Virus record (IMG/VR): IMGVR_UViG_3300030339_000028
Length of the DNA: 20,000 nt
Direction: 5' to 3' (one strand)
DNA from: an uncultured virus (IMG/VR IMGVR_UViG_3300030339_000028)
Taxonomy: Duplodnaviria; Heunggongvirae; Uroviricota; Caudoviricetes
Made by a program: the position numbers and the translations under genes. Shown here in pieces: positions 6,537 to 13,683 of this stretch (its first letter is position 1; each line of letters starts with the position of its first letter). Under the pieces are notes generated by a model. It made no database searches and was not told where the DNA came from. It saw only the letters and a list, made by a program, of their open reading frames with translations.

Positions 6537-9254
6537 TTATTTTTGGTAAGATTTAATAAGTTCCATTAGTAAGGATTCTGCAGGTGTACGTTTACCATCT
6601 AATATACCGTCTACAATTTGACGTTTCTTATCTAGTAAAGCTGCAATCTTTTCTTCAATTGTACCTGCTGCAATCAATTTATAATTGGTACAGGCATTCT
6701 TTTGTCCAATCCTGTGTATTCTGTCGTCTGCTTGATCATGTACACCTGGGGTGTATTGATATTCAATTGTTGCTGTGGACCAAGCTGCGGTTAATGTTAA
6801 ACCTACTCCTGCAGGATTTCCAGCAGCATCTAACATCCCAACAAATAATTTAATTCTAACGTCTGTCTGAAATGATGTTACTGCTTTGTCTCTGTTTGAT
6901 TGATTAACACCTCCATCATACCTAACAGATATCTTTGGAAATGCTGTCATTATAGCATCAATTGTCGCTGTATGAGTACAAAACAATACAAGCTTCTCAC
7001 CTGAGTCAATAAACTCTTCTATCCAAGATATAACATTAGCCATTTTACCTTTTACAGCCAATTGTTTTAAAGCATTAATCTGACCTAATGTTTCTGCATT
7101 GGAAGCTCTAATTGCTGCGGCAGTACCTTTCGTTTCACTTACCCATTTAATAAAGTTTCGTTCTGCATAAACATACTCAGCCCAATTGTCTAACTCAATA
7201 GGTACAAAAGCTGTCTGTTTGTCTGGCAAATCTTTTGCAACATTTACCTTCAGTCTTCTTAACATGACAGTACTTGTCAGTTTCCTGTGCAACTCTTCAA
7301 CATTAGAAGCACCTTGTACATTTGTACCCCATATAGATTTCTTAGCATCACAATAACGCTTCGTAAATACAAAATAAGAACCTAATACAGTAGGATCTAT
7401 CATTGATACAGCATTGTATATTTCAATCGGTCTGTTAAGTACAGGAGTACCAGATAAACCAATAATGTGTTCTACAACTTTACCTAATTTCTTAGCAGCC
7501 TTTGTTCTTTTAGCAGCACCGTTTTTAATACAATGTACCTCATCCATTATTAGGATCTTTGGCTTAATCTTAATCAAATAAGGTACCCAAGCTTCTAAAA
7601 TGTCATAATTAAGAATAAGAATCTTTCCAGTCGTTTTGTATGGAGTTCTTCCTGTTAATACTTCTGCCTGAGAATTAGGTATCCAATTAAATGTTTCTCT
7701 TAGCCAGTTAAGTTTTAAAGAAGCAGGAACGACAATGATTGCTGTCCGAAGTTCTTTATGCAGTTGTAGGTAAGCTAAAGCCTGGACAGTATTATGTGTC
7801 AATATACAATGTTCTGTGACATATAAATGATCCTTTGTGTCTACAGAAATGCAGAAACATAAATCTGTTTTTACATACTCTATTTTTGTGATAGCTCTTG
7901 CAGGACTGTATTTTACTTTCTCTTTACAAGAGGTTCTTTTTCTTATGCAAAAGAAAGGATTATTTCCTTTCGGCATCATTATTGTGAGTGAATGAGCTAT
8001 CTTTCCTATTTTCTTGTCTCCATTTGGACAAACTTGTATTCCAGGATAGGATTTCTTTCTTGCAATACCTCCAAAAGACTCAACTAAAAAAACAACATCG
8101 TCACATAATTGTTCCGAAACAGACGTAAATTGAATAACTCCAGATTTTAAACTTGCATAACCGTCTGTATCAAGAAGTCCTCTTAATAGTTCAGCTCTTT
8201 GTTCTATAGAACCAAATTTATAATCATCAGGAATATACTTGTATTCTGAAGTAACATTTAATCTATACTTTCTGATAATGTTTTTTATTTCATTAATTTT
8301 AGACTTGTCTTTTGGATTTGTATGCACTACATGGAAATCACAATTCTCACCTTTGTCTTTTTTCAATGTGTACCCCAATGGAAGCAGTTCGTTTCCAACT
8401 CTTTCAATAATATCAGAATCTGTGTTAGAAAAACAAACTCCTTTAGAAATACCTCCGTCACCTAATAAAGCACCCATTGTGTATGGAGGAATAATTAATT
8501 TCCTTTCTGGAAAGTCAATTGCATCAGAAAGCATAGGTATAAAGACTAAATTAGCCTTAGATTTCTTATCTGATTTTAATTGCATTTTCATAATTTCTTT
8601 TAATGGAAAAGTCTTACTAGGAAATCCCATCCATTTGTCTCTAGGAGAGTAAATCGTCCATAAATGGTCTTCACAACATTCTACAGAAGTTTTATCAGAA
8701 AATGTAACCTTATACACTTTCTTATTTCCTTTATTGTAGATTCCTTTTAACTTATGAGATATTCCATCAGATCCAAATACTTGATCTTTTAAAGAAAGAT
8801 TACCTATCTGCTTCCATCCAGAAGGTGTTAGTACTTTGGTGTACCAAGGTTGTGCTTTACCCAAGCCCATCTCATCTGCAATTAAACATCTACCATTCTT
8901 AGCATCAATAAAACTAACACCAATATTTTGAAACGGTCTTAACGTCCCTTTTAATCCTGGTATTTTAATTTCCTTGACATCTGTGATAGATACTTTTGAG
9001 CGATCTAGGATAGCTTGTAAATTAGAATCAAGTTTAAATCCCCATTCTGCTAGAAGTTCCAATGAAGGAACATCTACAGGACATGTCCAGTATTTACCTT
9101 CTGGATAGTATTTTCGTTCCCTTAAACCTCGTACCCTATTAAGGTCTTCTTGGTTGTAGGGAAACTCAATTCTACAAACAGGTGTACCGTTTTTAAGCTC
9201 TGCTAGTTTCACAGCTTTTTCAGCGTTACTTTTTGTAGGAGTACTGTTATACAT
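6537..9254 (-). CDS. SNF2-family (SMARCAL1/HARP-like) helicase precursor containing an intein
   Basis: LRPFQ Q-motif, IADEMGLGK|T Walker A split by the intein, VVPASLKLNW, MDEVH, LSGTP, GVGLTL and QADDRIHRIGQ; N-terminal HARP-like segment. Spliced product is about 550 aa. Confidence 0.92.
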   Translation of the reverse strand: MYNSTPTKSNAEKAVKLAELKNGTPVCRIEFPYNQEDLNRVRGLRERKYYPEGKYWTCPVDVPSLELLAEWGFKLDSNLQAILDRSKVSITDVKEIKIPGLKGTLRPFQNIGVSFIDAKNGRCLIADEMGLGKAQPWYTKVLTPSGWKQIGNLSLKDQVFGSDGISHKLKGIYNKGNKKVYKVTFSDKTSVECCEDHLWTIYSPRDKWMGFPSKTFPLKEIMKMQLKSDKKSKANLVFIPMLSDAIDFPERKLIIPPYTMGALLGDGGISKGVCFSNTDSDIIERVGNELLPLGYTLKKDKGENCDFHVVHTNPKDKSKINEIKNIIRKYRLNVTSEYKYIPDDYKFGSIEQRAELLRGLLDTDGYASLKSGVIQFTSVSEQLCDDVVFLVESFGGIARKKSYPGIQVCPNGDKKIGKIAHSLTIMMPKGNNPFFCIRKRTSCKEKVKYSPARAITKIEYVKTDLCFCISVDTKDHLYVTEHCILTHNTVQALAYLQLHKELRTAIIVVPASLKLNWLRETFNWIPNSQAEVLTGRTPYKTTGKILILNYDILEAWVPYLIKIKPKILIMDEVHCIKNGAAKRTKAAKKLGKVVEHIIGLSGTPVLNRPIEIYNAVSMIDPTVLGSYFVFTKRYCDAKKSIWGTNVQGASNVEELHRKLTSTVMLRRLKVNVAKDLPDKQTAFVPIELDNWAEYVYAERNFIKWVSETKGTAAAIRASNAETLGQINALKQLAVKGKMANVISWIEEFIDSGEKLVLFCTHTATIDAIMTAFPKISVRYDGGVNQSNRDKAVTSFQTDVRIKLFVGMLDAAGNPAGVGLTLTAAWSTATIEYQYTPGVHDQADDRIHRIGQKNACTNYKLIAAGTIEEKIAALLDKKRQIVDGILDGKRTPAESLLMELIKSYQK
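7791..8855 (-). mobile_element. Intein (355 aa, Ala1-type, probably class 3) with LAGLIDADG homing endonuclease
   Basis: Residues 134-488. Starts AQPWYTKVLTPSG and ends HCILTHN|T. Block B CCEDHLW, block F CFCISVD; LAGLIDADG motifs MGALLGDG and LRGLLDTDG. Confidence 0.92.
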
Positions 9255-9269
9255 TTTTATAAAATTAGT

Positions 9270-9304
9270 GTTGAATTCAGCAGAAAAACGTGCTGAAATT
9301 TAAC
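9270..9304. promoter_or_regulatory. Inverted repeat upstream of the helicase, with the same GAATTCAGC core as 3254-3320
   Basis: GTTGAATTCAGCA-N8-TGCTGAAATTTAAC, adjacent to three CTTGTTA repeats (9304-9329). Confidence 0.45.
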
Positions 9305-9344
9305 TTGTTATTCCTTGTTAAACTTGTTATTGTATTCTAACTTT

Positions 9345-9512
9345 CTACCATTTAAAATAATAGGTTCTATTACTTGCATTGTACCAGAAATAGTTAGTAT
9401 TCTTCATGGAAGGGTAATACCTTTGATATCTTCTTTTACCATTGTTGTAATCTTTACTTGAGACACAGGAAAAAAGAAACAAAAATAAAATCAAGATGAT
9501 ACATTTTTTCAT
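9345..9512 (-). CDS. Small putative lipoprotein (55 aa; not in ORF track)
   Basis: MKKCIILILFLFLFS-C-VSSKDYNNG...: basic N-terminus, hydrophobic stretch, lipobox LFSC; Tyr/Asn-rich mature part. Confidence 0.65.
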   Translation of the reverse strand: MKKCIILILFLFLFSCVSSKDYNNGKRRYQRYYPSMKNTNYFWYNASNRTYYFKW

Positions 9513-9526
9513 TTTCTAAATATTAA

Positions 9527-9787
9527 TTATTGAACACATATCGCAGGACGTATAAGTTTACCGCCGCGTATTAAAATATTCTCTTCAGTCAATTCATAAA
9601 CAAGTACAACACCTGAGATGTCATATACATTGCATGAACATTTCTCAAACAAATCAGAAACATACATTGCACCTGATAATGTCTGATTTCTATAGCATCC
9701 TTCATCTGCATATCTGATGCAGCAATGAGCAACAGGATTCTCTCCTGGAGTAGGATCCCATACTGTGGCAAATGTTTCTCTTGACAT
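9527..9787 (-). CDS. Hypothetical protein (86 aa)
   Basis: Packed ORF. Confidence 0.65.
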   Translation of the reverse strand: MSRETFATVWDPTPGENPVAHCCIRYADEGCYRNQTLSGAMYVSDLFEKCSCNVYDISGVVLVYELTEENILIRGGKLIRPAICVQ

Positions 9788-9789
9788 AA

Positions 9790-9921
9790 TCAGAATAGGT
9801 TAATGATAAATTTAACAACTAAAGGAATCAATGTCTCTCCTGCCATTATCACAAAAAGTACAACAATAGCCAAGAACATAATTCCTACATATTTCCAAAA
9901 TAATTTAATGTCGTTTCTCAT
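9790..9921 (-). CDS. Small membrane protein (43 aa; not in ORF track)
   Basis: MRNDIKLFWKYVGIMFLAIVVLFVIMAGETLIPLVVKFIINLF*; TAATG overlap with the upstream stop. Confidence 0.65.
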   Translation of the reverse strand: MRNDIKLFWKYVGIMFLAIVVLFVIMAGETLIPLVVKFIINLF

Positions 9922-10202
9922 TAGTCTTGAGTATATCGTAAAACACAAACTAAACCAACTTTTGCATCATGAGGACTGTTATCAAAATCTTCGTCTTCCT
10001 CATCTCTTTGAGAAGGCATTCCTAATCCTGATCTGCTGTAAGCTTCTTTGATAGGAATACATGTAACTACTTCTGCAATAGGAACTAATTGTTCAGTGTT
10101 ATGATAGTCTCCATAATTGGAACTAGACCAAACATCAATATCTCCAAAGTTTCTTCTGATGTCTTTTAACTCATCAATCAATTCTGTAATAGTTAGTGTC
10201 AT
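9921..10202 (-). CDS. Hypothetical acidic protein (93 aa)
   Basis: Likely start is MTLTITELIDELKD at 10202, which avoids overlap with 10213..10446. Confidence 0.7.
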   Translation of the reverse strand: MTLTITELIDELKDIRRNFGDIDVWSSSNYGDYHNTEQLVPIAEVVTCIPIKEAYSRSGLGMPSQRDEEDEDFDNSPHDAKVGLVCVLRYTQD

Positions 10203-10212
10203 AATATTAGTT

Positions 10213-10446
10213 TTAATTATGTTGATTAATACAGTTTTGAATTCTCTTTGTAAAAATAACATCTGAAGGATATGCTCCGTTAGAGTCAAGCACACCGATG
10301 TTCTTTAGATAAGTTTCAATTGAGGACTGCAAATGTAATTCATTCCAGTCTAATGTGTCTTTATTGTCTAACCAGTATAATGTATTTATCAAACAGCATA
10401 CAATGGTAGTGACACCTACGGAGAGAACTAATTTCTTTTTAGCCAT
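10213..10446 (-). CDS. Hypothetical protein (77 aa)
   Basis: Start preceded by the AAAAACTTACAAAA motif. Confidence 0.7.
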   Translation of the reverse strand: MAKKKLVLSVGVTTIVCCLINTLYWLDNKDTLDWNELHLQSSIETYLKNIGVLDSNGAYPSDVIFTKRIQNCINQHN

Positions 10447-10475
10447 TTTTGTAAGTTTTTATCAATTTATACCGA

Positions 10476-10505
10476 CAAAACCCCCTACCCTTTCGAGTAG
10501 GAGGC
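10476..10505 (-). terminator. Terminator/pause-like hairpin with GAAA tetraloop
   Basis: GCCTCCTACTC-GAAA-GGGTAGGGGGT followed by TTTG (short U tract). Confidence 0.55.
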
Positions 10506-10544
10506 AAACCATAAAGGAAAACTTACGGAAAACCGTTATGGTTT
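10506..10544 (-). ncRNA. Hairpin displaying a loop antisense to the early-gene start motif
   Basis: AAACCATAA-C-GG-[TTTTCCGTAAGTTTT]-CC-T-TTATGGTTT. Loop segment CGTAAGTTTT is the perfect complement of AAAACTTACG. Confidence 0.55.
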
Positions 10545-10733
10545 AATGTCTAATTTCTTTTCGTACAAGTAAATAATGTCTCCTATAGATACAAGTAAAT
10601 ACTCATAATCGTCAGCCATGTCGGCAATGTACTCTTCTGCTTCTTCAAAAGTCTCAAAAGCAGTCTCATCATTTAATGAGTCCCATACTTTTTTCCAACC
10701 TAAGTCATCTTCGAGAATTGTTATTTTGTTCAT
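10536..10733 (-). CDS. Small, strongly acidic hypothetical protein (65 aa)
   Basis: D/E-rich; FETFEEAEEYI motif. Confidence 0.7.
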   Translation of the reverse strand: MNKITILEDDLGWKKVWDSLNDETAFETFEEAEEYIADMADDYEYLLVSIGDIIYLYEKKLDIKP

Positions 10734-10999
10734 ACCTTTATTATTGAGGGTTTACAATCAAAGTAAATAGCAATACCTGGAGGTGTTCTAAATCCTCCGT
10801 CAGTGTATTCCACTTTAAGTACATGAGGTAATTTTTCAACCTTAGCTTCTCTCTTTTTGTGAGCTGTGCCGTAAGGAGTCAATTTTAACCTGTACCTGTC
10901 TGGATGTTTCTTTGTCGGACATTTGTCCACATACGAGGTAGAGAAATTAGTCTCTAGGAGACCTTCAATCGCTATTCTGATAGGATTAATGTTTGCCAT
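10730..10999 (-). CDS. Hypothetical protein (89 aa)
   Basis: ATGA overlap with the downstream gene. Confidence 0.7.
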   Translation of the reverse strand: MANINPIRIAIEGLLETNFSTSYVDKCPTKKHPDRYRLKLTPYGTAHKKREAKVEKLPHVLKVEYTDGGFRTPPGIAIYFDCKPSIIKV

Positions 11000-11001
11000 A
11001 A

Positions 11002-11193
11002 TTATTGAGGTTTTTCACAAATGATGTAATCAACGTCTAACTCCCCGCAAAGATCGTCTCCTGTTAGTTTTGCATCTGCATAAGATCCAAACCATGCAGT
11101 ATTACAATCATCTAGCATTAAAGGCTCTGCCTGAAATTGCTCGGGAGTTTCATTAAATTGGATAATAAAGTAAGATCTGCTCATAGTCACCAT
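11002..11193 (-). CDS. Small acidic hypothetical protein (60-63 aa)
   Basis: Packed ORF; start could be 11184. Confidence 0.65.
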   Translation of the reverse strand: MVTMSRSYFIIQFNETPEQFQAEPLMLDDCNTAWFGSYADAKLTGDDLCGELDVDYIICEKPQ

Positions 11194-11459
11194 CCTTTAT
11201 TTAAAATGTGTGTCTCAATAATTACTCTAGTCTTACATGGAGTTCCGTCTGTGCTGAGTAAGTCATAATCAAAATGATCGGGATTGTACACATCTGCAGT
11301 CCAATTCCATCCTTTGTTAATCTTAAATGATTGTTCGATAGCAAGTAAAGCAGTTTTTCGGGAAGAGAAGACACCGTATGTCTCCCACCACACAAACCCT
11401 TCTGTAGAAGAAGTTCTCCTCATGGAGGATTTCACAACATAGATTTTCTGTCGTTTCAT
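11187..11459 (-). CDS. Hypothetical protein (90 aa)
   Basis: KIYVV...YGVFSSRKTA motif common in small phage proteins; start preceded by AAACTTACTGAAT. Confidence 0.7.
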   Translation of the reverse strand: MKRQKIYVVKSSMRRTSSTEGFVWWETYGVFSSRKTALLAIEQSFKINKGWNWTADVYNPDHFDYDLLSTDGTPCKTRVIIETHILNKGW

Positions 11460-11481
11460 ATTCAGTAAGTTTATAAAAATA

Positions 11482-11512
11482 CAAAGTAATTAATAAGTTT
11501 TAGAACTCCAAA
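11482..11512 (-). promoter_or_regulatory. Probable Bacteroidota promoter
   Basis: TTTG (11512-11509) - N19 - TTACTTTG (11489-11482); one mismatch to TAnnTTTG. Confidence 0.45.
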
Positions 11513-11530
11513 CTGATTGCAAAAATAAAT

Positions 11531-11641
11531 TTAGAGTAAAGTGTCTACGTTATGGAACGCAAGAATAAAGAACACTCCAAAGATAAATACCGTAACAAGT
11601 GCGGCAATAACCAATTTACAATAAAAGTCTTTTGTTTTCAT
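11531..11641 (-). CDS. Small single-TM membrane protein (36 aa; not in ORF track)
   Basis: MKTKDFYCKLVIAALVTVFIFGVFFILAFHNVDTLL*. Confidence 0.6.
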   Translation of the reverse strand: MKTKDFYCKLVIAALVTVFIFGVFFILAFHNVDTLL

Positions 11642-11647
11642 AACGGT

Positions 11648-11884
11648 TTAGTTTTTCTTGATGTACACAACAGTCTCTTCAGACAAGCTGTAAGCATTCT
11701 CAAAAAATAGAGATACAGTATCTCCTTGATAAGTGCAATTTACCTGATGATCGTTCAGTACCTCAACTTTGTAAGGTCTTTCGAAGGTAGATTCTTTTTC
11801 TTGAGCAGGAGGTAGAGCCTCTTTTTTGCAGCATAACAAACCTGCAATTAGGATCAGAGTAAATAGTTTAGTTCCCATCATCAT
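11648..11884 (-). CDS. Putative lipoprotein (about 76-78 aa)
   Basis: MGTKLFTLILIAGLLC-CKKE resembles a Bacteroidota lipoprotein signal; start is one of three tandem ATGs (11884/11881/11878). Confidence 0.6.
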   Translation of the reverse strand: MMMGTKLFTLILIAGLLCCKKEALPPAQEKESTFERPYKVEVLNDHQVNCTYQGDTVSLFFENAYSLSEETVVYIKKN

Positions 11885-12086
11885 CCCTCCCAAACTCTTC
11901 TTCGTCTATCTCATCAAATGTCCTAACGATAGACATGATTTTGTCTGTAAACCCAATAATACCTTCCCATTGCAACCAAGCATCTAAAATTTCCTCGGTT
12001 GTCATGTTCTCAATAGTCTCATCGGAATGATTCTCTTGCAAGTCATCCAATATGCCTAAGCTAAAAGCCTTTTCAATGTTTGTCAT
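11868..12086 (-). CDS. Small acidic hypothetical protein (72 aa)
   Basis: D/E-rich, contains AWLQWEGIIG; start carries the full 21-bp motif. Confidence 0.75.
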   Translation of the reverse strand: MTNIEKAFSLGILDDLQENHSDETIENMTTEEILDAWLQWEGIIGFTDKIMSIVRTFDEIDEEEFGRDDDGN

Positions 12087-12101
12087 TTTCGTAAGTTTTA
12101 A
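12081..12101 (-). repeat. Early start motif copy TTAAAACTTACGAAAATGACA
   Basis: Identical 21-mer at 14045-14065 and 15232-15252. Confidence 0.9.
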
Positions 12102-12232
12102 AGATTAAATCGGTTTTGTCAGAACCTTTTAACTTATTTGTCCGTTTTCAGGTTTTTGTTTAATCGGTACTTCTCAAAAGCACAACTCCAAAATTCATCC
12201 GATAAAAGGATACTGAGACACCTTTCACCGCC

Positions 12233-12262
12233 AAACCCCCGTACCGTCTAGCAGTACGAGGG
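12233..12262 (-). terminator. Terminator/pause-like hairpin
   Basis: CCCTCGTACTG-CTAGA-CGGTACGGGGG followed by TTTGGCGGT. Confidence 0.5.
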
Positions 12263-12286
12263 ATCAGACATACAGTCTACAGAGAC

Positions 12287-12946
12287 CTATTTCTTTGATG
12301 TTTTTGCTTCAACCTTTTCTTCTTTCTTAACAGCTTGTTCTTTCTTGTCAAGTACGGCTGGAGTCTTTGCAGCACGTTTCCGAGCGATGTTCATATAAAT
12401 CGCAATTCTCGGGGTAATAAACTTCATGTCAGTAACACCTTTCAATCCGTATCCGGCAACGTAAGCAGCAATCGTTTCTTTGCTGTCCTCTTTCCAACCT
12501 TGTGCATGACAAAACTCACCGAGCTTTTCCATCGAAGTAATACTGTTGATGTATTTACCAGCATTATCAGCTTTCTTTGCTTTAACCGTCTTGCCTTCTT
12601 TCACAGCCTTGTCAGCCTTTGCAGCTTTAGCCTTAGCAATTGCAGCCATAACCCCTTTCGGTGTTTCTTTCGTAGCTTCTTTAGCCGAATTCACTTTGTC
12701 TTTTAACTCCGGATTAACCTTTGCAGCTTTTTCGCTTGTCTGTGCTACAATAACCCGTTTCCGCAGTTGTGAACCTGTTTCACCTTCTTTTGCGATAACA
12801 ACTTTGTGTTCAACTTCTGCTTTTGGAGCAGTAGTCACTTTCTTTGCTTGTTTTGCTTCCAATTCAATGGCAGCTTCGATAGCCCTTTGTTCAGCACTGA
12901 CGTTCAGAACCTTCTGAAGATTCTTTTTCGATTTCTTGTTTTTCAT
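12287..12946 (-). CDS. Lys/Ala-rich basic protein (219 aa), paralog of 14653..15237
   Basis: Histone H1-like K/A composition plus the shared domain AYVAGYGLKGVTDMKFITPRIAIYMNIA. Confidence 0.8.
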   Translation of the reverse strand: MKNKKSKKNLQKVLNVSAEQRAIEAAIELEAKQAKKVTTAPKAEVEHKVVIAKEGETGSQLRKRVIVAQTSEKAAKVNPELKDKVNSAKEATKETPKGVMAAIAKAKAAKADKAVKEGKTVKAKKADNAGKYINSITSMEKLGEFCHAQGWKEDSKETIAAYVAGYGLKGVTDMKFITPRIAIYMNIARKRAAKTPAVLDKKEQAVKKEEKVEAKTSKK

Positions 12947-12983
12947 TCTATAAGTTTTTTTTGATTACAGCAATATTGCTGAG

Positions 12984-13029
12984 TTCTGGAGGAGGGACTC
13001 GAACCCTCCCTAACTAGAACCGTTCCAGA
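12984..13029 (-). ncRNA. tRNA-like minihelix (acceptor stem plus T-arm, no anticodon arm)
   Basis: TCTGGA-ACGGTTCTAGTTAG-GGAGGG-TTCGAGT-CCCTCC-TCCAGA-A; canonical T-loop; 6+6 = 12 coaxial bp. Confidence 0.65.
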
Positions 13030-13030
13030 T

Positions 13031-13192
13031 TTAATTTGTACTAACTTGAGATTCTTTAATCAACTTCTTGTTTGTTTTGGTAGCAACCTCAGGGGTTATT
13101 TCCTGTACTGCTTTCTTGTCAGCCGCCTTGTTCAAATGTCCACAAACAATAGCAACCTTCTCATCCATAGTCAATTCTTTTTGTTTTACCAT
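13031..13192 (-). CDS. Hypothetical basic protein (53 aa)
   Basis: Likely start is MVKQKELT at 13192, downstream of the promoter at 13235-13266. Confidence 0.65.
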   Translation of the reverse strand: MVKQKELTMDEKVAIVCGHLNKAADKKAVQEITPEVATKTNKKLIKESQVSTN

Positions 13193-13234
13193 AATCTTGA
13201 TTTTAGTCAATGTGTACTGCTGCAATAATTACTG

Positions 13235-13266
13235 TAAATGTACGGTGGTGAAAAACAATATCCAAA
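13235..13266 (-). promoter_or_regulatory. Bacteroidota-type early promoter
   Basis: TTTG (13266-13263) - N20 - TACATTTA (13242-13235). Confidence 0.6.
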
Positions 13267-13338
13267 TGGTATCAAATATATTTTTGCTGTCACTCGTAGA
13301 TTCTTTTTTGAGCACTGGTTTGTCAGGAAATAATTAGA

Positions 13339-13614
13339 TTAAAACCAATCTTGGTATATTATTTGTCCTCCGTATCTGTTATTGACACTTTCAATAATCT
13401 TAAAACCTATAAAATGCTGAACATTTTCTAATTGGGCAGCTCTAAGCTCTATATCAACAACTTGATTAAATAGAGATTTTCTTGCATCTAATACAAATAC
13501 ACCGTCAGTGCCTAAAGCATCTATTGGGTATTTTTCTTCTTCACTAAATATTGGAGGAATAGAACCTTCCACATACCCAGTACTCATTTTTAAAAATTGA
13601 CAGTACCTTTTCAT
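13339..13614 (-). CDS. Hypothetical protein (91 aa)
   Basis: Contains LGTDGVFVLDAR; start preceded by AAAAAACTTACAAG; lies immediately downstream of the hammerhead. Confidence 0.75.
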   Translation of the reverse strand: MKRYCQFLKMSTGYVEGSIPPIFSEEEKYPIDALGTDGVFVLDARKSLFNQVVDIELRAAQLENVQHFIGFKIIESVNNRYGGQIIYQDWF

Positions 13615-13632
13615 CTTGTAAGTTTTTTAAAT

Positions 13633-13682
13633 GTCTAAGACGCTTCACAGCGTTTCTGTCACTAAGACGTCATCGGTTAGAC
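13633..13682 (-). ncRNA. Type I hammerhead ribozyme (variant core)
   Basis: GTCTAA [CCGATGA] C-GTC-TTAGT-GAC-A [GAA] ACGCT-GTGA-AGCGT C^ TTAGAC. Stem I is 6 bp, stem II 3 bp, stem III 5 bp with a GNRA loop; GUC cleavage triplet. Deviations are U4C and a C.A pair at 10.1/11.1. Confidence 0.75.
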
Positions 13683-13683
13683 T

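Noticed and set aside
12100..12230. Twister, pistol or HDV-like ribozyme in the 200-nt spacer
   Set aside because: Only short hairpins (e.g. ATCC/GGAT) are visible and I could not identify any conserved core by eye; a covariance search would be needed.
12984..13029. Bona fide tRNA gene or tmRNA
   Set aside because: There is no anticodon arm, D stem, CCA end or tag reading frame; it is kept only as a tRNA-like element.
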